64,000 nt of DNA from Octopus sinensis. Lineage: Eukaryota. The notes beneath the pieces are model-generated. The model ran no database searches. It saw only the letters and a list, made by a program, of their open reading frames with translations, and had not been told where the DNA came from. The stretch covers positions 152,334,001 to 152,398,000 of the forward strand of contig NC_042997.1 in NCBI RefSeq assembly GCF_006345805.1, read 5' to 3'. Positions 24,621 to 39,377 of the stretch are shown here, piece after piece; the first letter of the stretch is position 1, and each line of letters begins with the position of its first letter. A program made the position numbers and the translations under genes.

Positions 24621-27309
24621 CTAAAAGTCAGTATTTTACTCTACCTGAAAATTCACTCTAAAACTTTGTCTAATTGTATTAATTTAATTATACTGACAAC
24701 AATATTAGTCTGGCTGCTTCCCTCTTGTATATATGACATTGTAATTTTTCTGTCTCTATTGTAATTATTATATCTATTGTATTGTATTAATGGTATTTCT
24801 GCTGTTCAATAATAATTTTAGTAATAGAAATTGCTACCTTAACATGCAATTATTGAAATCCATTTGAATGTAAACAATTACGATATTATAAAGCATAATG
24901 TATTTTTCTTTCTGTAGTTATCGTCATGTTTTACATGTGTATTCTATATTTTCCATATATTTCATGTCTACATAGTTAAGATGTTTGCTTCAGGAATCAC
25001 ATGGTCCCGGGTTGGATTCCATTTCTTGGTGTCTTGGGCCAGTATTCTCTGCCATAACCTTGGGTTTAGTAATGCTTTGTGCGTGGAGTTTGTTAGATAG
25101 GAATTGTGTGTGTACACACTTTATGGACTGTATTTGGTGCTGGACCTGTGAGGTGAGCCACCAGAAACGTTAGCACGCCGGGCGAAATGCTTAGCGGTAT
25201 TTCGTCTGCCGTTACGTTCTGAGTTCAAATTCCGCCGAGGTCGACTTTGCCTTTCATCGTTTCGGGGTCGATAAATTAAGTACCAGCTATGCACTGGGGT
25301 CGATATATATATCGACTTAATCCGTTTGTCTGTCCTTGTTTGTCCCCTCTGTGTTTAGCCCCTTGTGGGTAGTAAAGAAATAGGTATTTTGTCTGCCGTT
25401 ACATTCTGAGTTCAAATTCCACCGAGGTTGACTTTGCCTTTCATCCTTTTGGGGTCGATTAAATAAGTACTAGTTACGCCCTGGGGTTCGATATAATCGA
25501 CTTAATCCCTTTGTCTGTCCTTGTTGTCCCTTCTATGTTTAGCCCCTTGTGGGCAATAAAGAAATAAGTAACTTGCAAGATAAGACCTCCTTAGCTGAGT
25601 GGGGGTGTATTATTGAAGGAAGTTGCTTTAACCCTTTAGTATTTAAACCGGCCATATCCGGCCAAAATAGCTAAAATGTTTTATGTTCAAACTGACTAGA
25701 TCCAGGCTCTCACACCTACCCTACAATGTTATTCTACATTTGGTAATTACACCATCAAGATCTTGAAGATATGAGATAATGCATGATTAATTCAAATCAG
25801 TGGGAATCAATAAGCATTATGTTTGATAGAATAATCTGAACACTAAAGGGTTAAGCCAGATGAAGAGATGTTAACTCTTTAGTATTCAGATTTTTCTGTC
25901 AAATATGATACTTATTTATTAACTTTGTTTTGAATAAATTAAACATTATCTTGTAGCTTTTGAGATTTTGATGATGTAAACACTTATTTTTTAGAGTGAC
26001 ATAGTAGGGTAGGTGTGAGTGGCCAGATCTGGCTAGTTTCAACATAAAACAAGAAGAATAGTTTGACCGGATATGGCCAGTTTGAATGCTAAGGGGTTAA
26101 AGTTGATAGAGACACAGGAACTGAGGGGATACATGGGTACCCTAGTTGGAACAGAGAGAAGAGATGTAAGAGAGAGAGAGAGAGAGAGAGAGAGGGTAAA
26201 AGAATGAGAGAGAGAAAGAGAGGGTAAAAGAATGAGAGAGAGAGTAAAAGAATGAGAGAGAGAGAGAAGGGGAGAGGAAGAGAGAAGATTGTTGTGAAGA
26301 GGTGTCAGGACACACCTTGAAGTTACAGGGTGGTGAATTATAAGCAAAGTGGTACTGGGGGTTGGATAGGGTGAATGGGCAGGTAATTTTGCAAGAGTGT
26401 GAAAGGAGAGTGGAAGATGGTGGGGTGGATATGGTGAGTGGTGAGCATGGATGGAGGGAGGGATTGTTAGTAAGATGTGTTGTGGAGGTGGGGTGGGATG
26501 GGGGCTTAAATAAATCGGTGCCTTCAAAGGGAATCATTTCTAATAAATATTCTGCCCATGCTACCCCATCAATCCCCTGTCATCCTTGCCATTATAAAGG
26601 TTGTAAACCATTAATTCTTTTGTTGAAACCTCGAACCATTCATGCTATTGCTCATATGATATTAAATAGAATAGTATTAATACAGAGTAAAAGGTAGTGA
26701 ACCAGCAGAATTGTTATCATGCTAAGCGAAATGCTTTACTGTATTTCATCTGTTTTTATGTTCTGAGTTCAAATCCACCGAGGCTGACTTTGCCTTTCAT
26801 TCTTTTGGGAACAGTAAGTAAAATAAGTGCCAGATGAGTACTTGCATCAATGTAATTGACTTACTCATTGCCATGAAATTGCTGGCCTTGTGCCAAAATT
26901 TGAAATTAATATTAATTCAAAGAAAAACATGTTTATATCATCATCATCCTCATCATCATTTAACGTCCATTTTCCATGCTAGCATGGGTTAGTCTGATCT
27001 GGCAGTGTTTCTACAGCTGGATGCCCTTCCTAATGCCAACCACTCCATGAGTGCAGTGGGTGCTTTTTACGTGCCACCGGCACAGGGGCCAAAGGAGGCT
27101 GGCAAACGGCCACGATTGGTTGCTGCTTTTACGTATCACCGACACAGACGCCAGTCAGGTGGCACTGGCATCTGCCATGTTCGGACGGTGCTTTTTACGT
27201 GTCACCGGCACGAGTATCTTAACTACAATTTCCATTTGATTTTCATTTTGATGTTGATGTTGACATACTTGACTCAATTATTTTTCTAAAATTTTTTTTT
27301 CTCCAACAG

Positions 27310-27426
27310 AAACTGAAAACTTTAATTCTTGGTTCACCAAATTCCCAGTTTAGTCAAGAATGGGCAAAGCAAAACTTGGAATTCTGTTCACTGCCAAAGT
27401 TACAGTATGGTATAGTACAGAAAAAG
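27310..27426 (+). CDS. MINDY4: MINDY4 exon, start of catalytic domain (KLKTLILGS...EW..Q...LQYGIVQKK)
   Basis: ctccaacag| acceptor and AAG|gtatag donor; 117 nt, phase 0-0. YGIVQ carries the conserved Gln upstream of the catalytic Cys. Confidence 0.93.
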
Positions 27427-28224
27427 GTATAGTCAAATTATTTTGTAACTATATGTATATGTATGTGTGTGTGTGTTTGTGTGTCTGTGTTTGTCCCCCC
27501 AACATCACTTGACAACCGATGCTGGTGTGTTTCCATCCCTGTAACTTAGCAGTTCAGCAAAAGAGACCGATAGAATAAGTACTAGGCTTACAAAGAATAA
27601 GTCCTGGGGGTCGATTTGCTCGACTAAAGGCGGTACTCCAGCATGGCCACAGGCAAATGACTGAAACAAGTAAAAGAGTAAAAGAGTATGAAAAACTTCT
27701 GCTAAGAGTATTTCATCTTATTTGTGGACATCTATGGTTATTTAGACTTTGTAAATATCTAGAAATATATTAAAAAAAAAAATAAAAAGAATTAATGAAA
27801 TGGCGTTAGGAAGGGTATCCAACTATAGAAACTACACTACAACAGACATATCGGGTCTGGACAGCTCCCTGCTGGTCAGTTCTTTGTCAAACTGTCCAAC
27901 CCATGCCACCATGGAGAATGGACATTAAATGATGATGACGATGATGATGATGATGTTGATGATGCTTTCTTTAAATAAGTATGGTGTTGGGTCCCTACAA
28001 GGAATGTTGAAGAGATTGTTGTATAAACCAAGACCAATCCTAATTAGCTATGACCATGTTATAGCTTCTATTTTTTTAATGGTAAGCAAGTGATTTGTGA
28101 GAGATTTGATTGCTATTTCTAATGTATCATTCAGCCATATCAATGCACCCTTGAGGAAGAGATCATATGTAGGTTTATTGAATAAATTATATCTAGGGTT
28201 TCTGTCGGAACTGTATGTATAGTT

Positions 28225-28615
28225 TTTTATTCTTTTATTTGTTTCAGTCATTTGACTGCAGTCATGCTGGAGCACTGCCTTTAGTTGAACAAATCGACCC
28301 CAGGACTTATTCTTTGTAAGCCTAGTACTTATTCGATTGGTCTCCTGTACCAAACCGTTAAGTTACAAGGACATAAACACACCCAACATCAGTTGTCAAG
28401 CGATGGTGGGGAGACAAACACAGACACACAGCTACATATATCTATGTATATATGATGGGCTTCTTTCAGTTTCCGTCTACCAAATCCATCCACAAGGCTT
28501 TGGTTGGCCCGAGGCTATAGTAGAAGACACTTGCCCAAGGTGCCATGCAGTGGGACTGAACCTAGAACCATGTGGTTGGGAAGCAAGCTTCTTACCACAC
28601 AGCCACTCTTGTGCC
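28225..28615 (-). mobile_element. SINE family A, full length
   Basis: Reverse complement of 28848-29470. Confidence 0.85.
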
Positions 28616-28847
28616 TGTGTTCATGTTTTTCTATTCTTATCTAAATATGTTAAAAGAATCTTATCTAGCTGTTTTGAAGGACTCTTATCTAGCTAGGTTA
28701 ATAGGGTGTTATCTATGTTTGCTGAATATGCTATATCTAAGGATTCCATAAGGGCTGTATGTTTGCTCATGGATTTTATCTAAATATGTTAAAAGGGTCT
28801 TATCTAGATATATTACTGGGGTCTTAACCAGTTGTATTGAAGAGGTT

Positions 28848-29470
<623 letters not shown>

Positions 29471-30703
29471 TAAAGAGTATATACCAATGGATCATATCTA
29501 TGTATAGCTTATGGGTCATATCTCTGTCTTCCAAGGAGTTCATATCTAGCTAACCTGAAGGAATTATGTCAGAGGATGGTGGTGGAATCATATTCAGACT
29601 TGTAAGTTACTGTATCTAAGCATACTGATAGGTTCATGCCTGGGTATCCTGAACAGGAAATGTTCAAGTGAGTCGATAAGTTGGAACTCCATCAATTCTA
29701 TGAGTGGCTGCGTGGCAGAAAGTTTGCTTCCCATCGGTTCGGTTCTGGGTTTAGTCCCACTGTGTGGCACTGTGTGAAAGGTGTCTTCTACTATAGCCTC
29801 AGGCAAACCAAAGCCTTCTGAGTTGATTTGTTAGATGGAGGCTGAAAGCAGCCCATTATGTGTGTGTGTGTGTGTTTGTCCCCCACCACTTGGCAACCTG
29901 TGTTGGTGTGTTTACCTTCCTGTAACCTAGCAGTTCAGCAAAAGAAGACTGGTAGAATAAGTATCATGTTCTAAAAAAGATTAGTACTGGGGTTTATTCA
30001 TTTGACTAAATAATTTTCCAAGGTGCTGCCCTAGCATGGCTGCAGTCTAATGACTGAAACAAGTAAAAGATAAAAAAATAACTACTCCTAGCAGCACATG
30101 CTGTCTATCTTTGACTCATTGGGAACTGGTAGGTGGGGGGACTACTGCAATCATCCACTAAGACATGTCCCTCCACATCACTTCACAACCAAAACTCACA
30201 GCTCAAAGTCTCCTGAATGATTCACATTCACTCAAGCAGAGGACGTGGCCTAAAGTATATGGAGAAAATCACCCAAATTCTTCAGACAAGATGGCTTTTA
30301 CCCAGCATTAAAAACTCCTGCAAAACCATCATCTGGGTTGTAAAGATGACTCTATGTATCATACATTTCACAACCTCACTACACTCACGGAGTGGTTGGT
30401 GTTAGGAAGGGTATCCAGCTGTAGAAACACTGCCAGATCAGACTGGAGCCTGGCGCAGCCTTCTGGCTTCCCAGACCCCGATCGAACCGTCCAACCCATG
30501 CTAGCATGGAAAACGGACGTTAAACGATGATGATGATGACATCAGGAGTGACTTTATCTAAATGCATAGGTGTAACTATATCTGCACATTCAGGTATGAA
30601 GTGATGGTGATTTTTAATATCCATGTTCAAGTTTATCTATATATTTTAGGTGAGACTGTCTAGATACCCACATGTGACTACACACTCACACACACACACA
30701 CAC

Positions 30704-30741
<38 letters not shown>

Positions 30742-30802
30742 CACACACACACACACACACAAATCTTGATTTAATGTTTCTTGTTCTGTTACTATATAAC
30801 AG

Positions 30803-30891
30803 GGTGGACCATGTGGTGTTTTGGCTGCCGTTCAGGCTTATGTCTTATTGGAAATGTTGTTTGGTGAAGACAAAGTAAATACTGACTCAAG
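30803..30891 (+). CDS. MINDY4: MINDY4 exon with catalytic Cys (GGPCGVLAAVQAYVLLEMLFGED)
   Basis: aacag| acceptor and AG|gtaata donor; 89 nt, phase 0-2. GGPCGVLAAVQ is the MINDY3/4 active-site motif; Cys codon at 30812-30814. Confidence 0.95.
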
Positions 30892-30937
30892 GTAATAATG
30901 GAATCTATTATCTGGAATTCTTTTTCACTATCTTTTA

Positions 30938-30981
<44 letters not shown>

Positions 30982-32993
30982 CCTCTCCCTCCCTCTCCCT
31001 CCCTCTCTCTCTCCCTCCCCCTCTCTCTTATTGTCACTTTCTCTCACTCTTACTGTCCTCTCCTTTCTTTCATATCTCAACTCTTCCTCACAGCTTCTGT
31101 CTCTCATACTTATTCTCCCACTTTCATGTTCTCTCTCCCTCCCTCCTCTTTCCATCTCCCTCTTGCCTGCTCGCTCCCTCCTTCCTTTTTCTCAACCACC
31201 TGTCTTTCTTTCCACCCCTTTTGTCCTTATTTTTAAAAATCTTGTCTTTAAGTTTATTGCTTTATTTTTCTTGTTATTATTGTTGTTTTGTTTTGAGCCC
31301 CAGCTCAGATTAATTTAAGCAGACTTATTATCAATAGCATGTTAAAAAATATATATTTCTTTACTACCCACAAGGGGTTAAACACAGAGGGGACAAACAA
31401 GTGCATAACTGGTGCTTAATTTATTGACCCCTAAAGGATGAAAGGCAAAGTCGACCTCGGCGGAATTTGAACTTGGAAAGTAACAACAGATGAAATACAG
31501 CTATGCATTTCGCCCTGCGTGCTAATGTTTCTACCAGTTGACCAATAGAATTCCACCAATGGCCATTCCATCTTTTTGTGTACACAGGATTATTGTACAA
31601 TGTGTTCTTCCATTTTACTTTCTTCAGATAGTCATCGTTTAGGGGACATTAAGCTGTCGTAACTAACCAGTCATATAACCTCATGCAGGCTCCTTTATTT
31701 TATTGCCTCATTATTTTTGCTTTATCATACTACATCATACAAATACACTTTCTCATCTGAGCAATCAAGAGAGCAAGCCGCTATGTGGTCACTCCACCTG
31801 CTGGAAATAGCAGCCAGTCATTTTTCAAAATCACATTTGAAATTAAATAAGTAAATCTTAAATGAAATTAGGATACAATGGACAATTGTCACTGATATAA
31901 CAAAAAGTCAGGATTGTCATGACTAGAACGGCTTTCTTTTTTTTTCTCATAGGTCTGCTTAATCTAGGTCTGACTTGGGTTAAAACAGCACTTATGCCGT
32001 TTTCTCATGTTTAGACTGTTATCATGCATACACACATTCCAGGCCATATTCACAACATTCATTCCATATAAAATTATTCCTCCACCATCTTACTTATGTC
32101 TTTACCACTACTATAAATATTCCCTAAGTGTCCTTTTTTTCTCATATTTCATTTTTTTATTATTTATTTCTTTTCTTTTCTTTCTTTATTTTTTTACAAT
32201 TTTGTCTTCGAATTTCTAATATCAGGTATAACACTAAATATTTTTGATCAGTGGGATATAGGCAATTTTCATACACTCTCATATTGCAAGGGAGCTTACT
32301 GTGTTGTGTATCATGCTATGACTATATATCAGGTGAGCTTTATAATTCTGAATATTTAAGAACGAATGCTTACTATTACAATAAAATTAAAGATCAATTA
32401 TTCATCTTCATGATCATCATCATTTAGCATCCACATTTCCATACTTTCATTGGGCGGACAGGATTTGTTAAGGAAGATTTTCTACAGTTAGATGCCTTTC
32501 CTGTTGCCAACCCTCATCTGTTTCAAAGCAAGATAATATTTCTTGTGCCCAGACAAGTTTTTATGGAAAACTAGAAATGAATAGCATTGCTTCTATGACA
32601 GTGATTCTTGCTTATAGTCATCATATAATGTCAAGTCAAGGGTACAACACGTGTGTGTGTGTGTGTGTGCGTGTGCGCGCGCGTGTGTGTGTGTGTGTGT
32701 GTGTGTGTGTTGTGTGTGTGTGTGTTGGACTGGGCTGCATGTTGTGTTCTTGAGCAAGACACTTTATTACACGTTGCTCCAGTTCACTCAGCTGTAGAAA
32801 TGAGTTGCGACGTCACAGGTGCCAAGCTGTATCGGCCTTTGTCTTTCACTTGGATAACACTGGAGGTGTGGAGAGGGGAGGCCAGTATGCATAGGCGACT
32901 GCTGGTCTTCCATATACAGTCTTGCCCGGACTTGTGCTTGGGAGAGTAACTTTCTAGGTGCAATCCCATAGTCTGTGTCGTCACCGAAGGGGG

Positions 32994-33032
<39 letters not shown>

Positions 33033-34336
33033 TATACACACACACACACATATATATATATGTATATGCCAGTAGCACCTGACTGGCCCTCGTGCCAGTG
33101 GCACATAAAAAGCACCACACTCTCAGAGTGGTTGGCATTAGGAAGGGCATCCAGTAGAAGAAACCTGGTGCAGTTTTCTGGCTTGCAAGTCCTCATTCAA
33201 ACCGTCCTACTCATGCCAGCATGGAAAGTGGACGTTAAACGATGAAGATGATGATGATGATGATGATGATACTCATATATGTATATATAAATGGCAAGTC
33301 CCTTTTGGTTTCCATGATAAGCCCAGGGCTGTAGAAAATGAAAATATTTGCCCAAGGTGTTATGCTGTGAGATTAAGCCCTAGGCTACTTGACTGGGAAG
33401 CAAGCTACTCAACTTCACAGCCATTATCGGTTCCATTGTGAAATTAACTTTACTTGAAATATTTTCTAATAAAGACATAAAATTGCTTTCATTTTCATAT
33501 TTGTTATAGTGGAAGTAATCATTTACTTTGCTTAATGTATTTTCCAAACCCTCATTTTATTTAGGCTTTATATTAAAAACTTAAGAATTACTTTATGTAA
33601 TGTATGTGTATGTGTGTGTGTGTTTATTGAAATTAGAGCCTACATCTGAGATAAGCTGTGTTGTTATTTTACACTGTATACTACTTTCAGAGGTGTTTAA
33701 CGCAGTAACCTCCCTTATGATGTGAACTAAGTATGACAACCACCGAGTTGAACCTGTAGCACATGACTGGTTTGATTTCATCAATATAGATAGAGGTGGT
33801 AAAAGCAGAATTGACTGAAATGTAATAGGAACTCAGAAACAGAGAAGGGAGAAAAATAACTTTGCCTCAAGCTCCATTCTGCTCTTAACAAAATTCCTCC
33901 CAAACTCATCTCCAAATGCTTATTCTCACAGTTGTGTCCTCTCAGTTATCATGTGTAAAATGTCATTGAGACCATCCCAATTAATTAGCCTTTTCTACTA
34001 TTGACACAAGGCCTGCAATTTTGGTGGAAGGGTATTGTCAATTACCTCAACCTCAATGCTGAATGGTTTTATTTCAGAGATTCCCCTTTTTGTTGATGGA
34101 TTATCTTCACTGTGACTGTGGTGAACACAATCGACCCTTGACTATATTGGATAGCCATTGATTCTTCTGAACTCTTCTGCCCCTTTTCAAGTCATGTTTT
34201 ACATTACACAAGATATCCAAAATCACCCTCCCCACCAAGCTTTCTTGGTAGGGTTGCCAGTTTAGTCTCTGATGATCCAACCATGCAACAGGTTGTGCTG
34301 GGTTACATGTTACCAGTAGTGCTAAAGTGACCTGAC

Positions 34337-34383
<47 letters not shown>

Positions 34384-34626
34384 TCATCGTTTAATGTCTT
34401 CTTTCGATGCTAGCATGGGTTGGACGATTTGACTGAGGACTGGTGAACCAGTTGACTGCACCAAGATCCAATCTTGATCTGGCAGAGTTTCTACAGCTGG
34501 ATGCACTTCCTAACGCCAACCACTCAGAGAGTGTAGTGGGTGCTTTTATGTGCCACCGGCACGGGGGCCATTCAGGCGGTACTGGCAATGACATATATAT
34601 ATATATATATTATATATATATATATA

Positions 34627-34836
34627 ATATTAAATTAAAGATAAAACCACTATTAGGCAAATCAAACAGTGAAAAACATAAGCCAATACATAAAATTAAT
34701 TTAAAATATAAAAGTTGAAAATAAAAAATTATTTAAATAATTTAAACTTATAAATTTTATATATATATACAAATAGATATATATATGTATGTATTGTTTG
34801 ATTTGCCTAATAGTGGTTTTATCTTTAATTTAATAT
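34627..34836. repeat. Perfect 42-bp inverted repeat with AT-rich spacer
   Basis: 34627-34668 is the reverse complement of 34795-34836. Confidence 0.9.
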
Positions 34837-34921
34837 AATATAATATATTTATACTATAAAATTGGATTTAATCCTAAATCTCATTTTTCCCTGTAAGTTT
34901 GGATTTATTCCCTAATATTAT

Positions 34922-34964
<43 letters not shown>

Positions 34965-35273
34965 TGTATCTGTTTAGGTATTAATAGATGTGTGCATGCA
35001 TACATGCAGACATACATTTACACACACACCCATGCATGCATGCACGTGTATGTTTGAATGTGACTGATTGTGTGTGCCTCCTCATCTTGACATTGAATTA
35101 TAGCTGTAAATGAATATCACCACCCTACAAGCAGTGTAATTCATTTTCCAATCTTCTGTGAAAAGTTGTCTGGTTATAGGAAAATATGACTTTGCTTGAC
35201 AAGAAGGGCATCTGGTGATCAAAAATCTGCCTGCCTCACTGAGTTCTATCTGATTCGTGCAAGAATAATAATA

Positions 35274-35353
<80 letters not shown>

Positions 35354-35531
35354 ATGATGATGATGATGATGATGATGACGATGAAGATGATGACGACGAC
35401 GACGACGACGACGACGACGATGATAATAATGAAATTATTGTATACAGTGCTCAGGTGCATCACAACTTGTCAAAAGTGCGTATAAAGCATATGCAGTAAT
35501 GTACAAATGTCTGGAAGGTGAACAGTGTATG

Positions 35532-36835
35532 TTAGTTAGTTAGTTAGTTAGTTAATTTGGCTCAAAAGCAAATAGCAAGGCCATGTAGGGGGACATGGAG
35601 TTAAGTACAGGGTGGTGTTCATGTAAAGAGTTCAGGCCACTTGAGGTCCAGGGAGGCTTTGAACAAAGCGGTCGTCGGCATCTTCACCATCTCGTCTGGC
35701 AGCTTGTTCCACGGATCCGCAACCCGGATGGAGAAAGCTCCTCTCCTTCGATTGAGATGAAATCGTTGCAGGTAGAGCTTTTCGGAATGACCCTGCAGCT
35801 GACGCTCTGGAGCAGGAGTGAAGAACAGCTCTTTCGAGAGGTTACACTTTCCGCTTATAATGTTGTGGGCGAGAATGAGATCACCACGGCGGCGGCGTTT
35901 TTCAAGAGAATAAAGGTCGAGCGTCCTCAGCCTTTCTTCGTAGGACAAATTTTTGAGACCATGAACCATGCGGGTAGCCAGCCTCTGGACTCTTTCGAGA
36001 TGCTGTATGTCTTTGAGGAGATAAGGAGAAGAGGCCTGAATCCCATACTCCAATATGGGTCTCACCAGCGTGACATAGAGTGGTAGGAATATGGCTGCTG
36101 TGAGCATTCCGAATGACCGTCGAATCAAGAACAGAATTCCGCGTGCTTTATTGGCAGCATGGACGCACTGGGCCGAAGGCGAAAAGGAGGAATCCACCAA
36201 GATACCCAGGTCCTTTACCTGATCGGTCTCTCCAGCAGCAGACGACCCGGCTCGAAATCAAGTTGAGTTGCAGGAGTAGAGCCGACAGGCAGATGACAGC
36301 ACTTTGACACGTTCAGACACAGGTCCCAATCGTTAGACCACTTCCAAATTTGGTGGAGGCATCGACGAAGATCCTCTATATTACCGCGAGGAGCGACCAG
36401 TTTGATATCGTCGGCAAATAGAAGGGTGTTTGCGTGAGGTCGTCGGGCAAGTCATTTATGAAGACTAAGACAACAAGGGCCCCAGCACTGAACCTTGAGG
36501 CACGCCACTGCTCGCACTGGAGACGTCGGACCGCGAACCATTAACTTGGACTTGGAAGGAGCGATCTGAGAGGAAGGCACCAACCCATCGTATAATATCC
36601 GGATGGAAACTATATGCTTGAAGCTTGACAAGTAATAGGCGGTGGTTTACCAAGTCAAAAGCTTTGGCAAAGTCCAATAAAACGATGTCAACAGCATCAC
36701 TATCATCGAGGATGCGCGTCACCAATTCTTCCATTACTAGTAAGTTGGTCAAGCATGATCTCTTCAGCACGAAGCCGTGTTGGGAATCAGAGATAGAGGC
36801 TGTGTTTAGGAGGTGGAGCATCATACTTTTCTTAA
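35532..36835 (-). mobile_element. 5'-truncated CR1-clade LINE (RT plus C-terminus)
   Basis: QHGF..RSCLTNLL, LDFAKAFD, GVPQGSVLGP, FADD and LERVQR.ATR...SYEERL motifs; frame break near 36430-36465; (TAAC)n tail; GTATG duplicated at 35527-35531 and 36836-36840. Confidence 0.92.
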
Positions 36836-36983
36836 GTATGAGTCAGATACATGCTTGCGTGTGTATGGAGGGGAGAAAATCAGGTGTAGTGTTATAGAAT
36901 CTCAGGAAGCATGGAAGTTTTGAAGGATGCATTAAAGCAACAAATATGTAATGACGCTGATAATGACGATGGTGGTGGTGGTA

Positions 36984-37014
<31 letters not shown>

Positions 37015-39377
37015 CAACAATGACGATGGCAACAACAACAACTTCACTAGCATACTGCCTCACTGATGCAGCAGGTTATATTCGGAATGATACGTGGCTG
37101 CTTCAATGCTTCAGCTTTGCAGTCACCATTAGTCATGCTATGAATGTCTCTGAGTGTCTCAAGATATTTTCTTTCATCACATTCTAATTGTTTCTTATGC
37201 CAATTTCTGTTCTTTTTCACGGGATTCTTATAACTATACTTCACTTCTCTAACATTGAAAGTTGCAGTCTAAAATGTTAGGCTCCTCTTTTATTTCAAGA
37301 CGAAATAATTCATTCCACTTTGTGAACTTTTTGTACTCTCCTTTTACTAATGCAGACTATTTAATGGTTTCTTCAAATTCTACTTGTCTTAAGAGGTCTG
37401 TAATAGTTAATTTTTTTTCAAATTTTGAATTAGCTTTATTTAGAGGAAGGGAGACAACTTACTTTGAAATAGCAACAGGGAAAAAAAATAATGAAATGAA
37501 AAGACAATTTTAGTCACTGAAGTATGCTTATGTTTAAAGTGTATATAACTTTATCATGGAATAAATTTTTGAGAATGTAATAAATGCTCTGCATTAATGC
37601 ATATGTATTATATCGAAAGCACAGTTTCAGAGTTCGTTTAGGTTCAGTGGCTGTGATGTTGTTGATGAGAAAGGACTTGTATGGAGTTCACATACAGCTT
37701 AAGAGTGGCTGTGCATAAGTGTAGGAGTGGCTGTGTGGTAAGTAACTTGCTTACCAACCACATGGTTCGGGTTCAGTCACACTGCGTGGCACCTTGGGCA
37801 AGTGTCTTCTACTATAGCCTCTGGCCGGCCAAAGCCTTGTGAGTGGATTTGGTTGATGGAAACTGAAAGAAGCCCGTCGTATATATATCATCATCATCAT
37901 CATCATCATCATCGTTTAACGTCCGTTTTCCGCGCTAGCACGGGTTGGACGGTTTGACCGGGGTCTGGGGAGCAGGGACTGCCCCAGGCTCCAGTCTGAT
38001 CTGGCAGTGTTTCTACAGCTGGATGCCCTTCCTAACGCCAACCACTCCGCGAGTGTAGTGGGTGCTTTTTACGTGCCACCTGCACAGGTGCCAGAGGGGT
38101 CTGGCATCGGCCACGATCGGTTATTGCCTTTTTTCGTTGCATTGCGGCAGGGGGGAGGGTTCCGGCAGAGAGGAGAGAGGGAGAGAGAGTGGGGGGGTGC
38201 ATGTAATATAGGGGAGCACCAGTGGGGAAGGTTTGGGGTAAAGAGAAACGATGACAGGTAGGGTTGGTGGCAGGTTCTAGACAATGAAAAGTAGGAAGTA
38301 AAACGTAGGATATCACGAGTGGGGGAGGGGGCTGGAAGGAGATAGCCAGTTGAGGCAGTGACACATTTCAAAACAGGAGGAACATAAGATAACAGGTTAA
38401 GTGGGACGTTTGATGAGCTGCAGCGCTAGCTGCTTCTGTCCAGGGGGAGAGAGGCAGGGGTAAAATACATAGTGAGAAAGTATATTGAGGAGGAGGGGTA
38501 GGAGGAACAGACACGTAGTGGTGGCGGTGGTAGAGGGGATATCCGGTGAGGATGGTGTAAACAGAGTGTTCTCCGAACGAATGGCGGGCTGCGAGATTTT
38601 GATTGGGGACAGTAGACTTAAAACAATCGGGGTTTGAAGAAATGAACAGAGTAACGAACAAATTAACTTGGTACCGAGGGGTTAAACAAATTAAAGGGTT
38701 ATATTTTAAGAACAAGCAGGATTAGTGAATAGATTCGAACATTTAAGGGTTAGCGGCAAATGTATGTGTGTAGTACAAGAGTCGGAAGAAATGAAATGAG
38801 AATTCTTAGCTTGCTTGCTATGATCATCGCTGTGTGGTCAGAAAGGGTGAATGAAAGAGAAGCACACGAGGTGATTATTTATATAGGTTCACGGAAGTGG
38901 TTGGAAGACGGAAGTTTGATTGAAAGTAATGGCGGAGGACGAACGAAATATCTTCATACCGAGGCATAAAAAAAAAAAAAAAATCCTGTTTCTGAAATAG
39001 CATTTTAAGTGCAGGGGTAGCAATGGAAGTTCATTTCTCAAACATCTGGTTTCAGTTTCAGTTCCACTCAGCAGCACTTTGAGCAAATGTCTTCTATTGT
39101 AGCGTGAGCTGACTCAAGTCTTGTGAGTGAATCTGATAGAGACTGAAAGAGACATGTGTGCGTGTACGCATGCATACATGCTGATATGTGTGTTTGTTTA
39201 CACTTTTGCTTGTTTCATATCTTCAAAGCCACATAGAATAAGAGATCCTTTACTTGAAAAATAGGTAATGGTTCGTGATAGGAAGGGCATCTGGCTGTAA
39301 TGCCTCAATAACATTCATGTATCCCATACAAGCAAAGAAACAACTGTAAAATTGAGTGAATGTATAAGTCCTATTAC

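Noticed and set aside
35595-36086. 163-aa plus-strand ORF
   Set aside because: Antisense shadow of the CR1 ORF.
38368-38715. 115-aa minus-strand ORF in a G-rich region
   Set aside because: No recognisable motif or splice support; probably part of an unclassified repeat.
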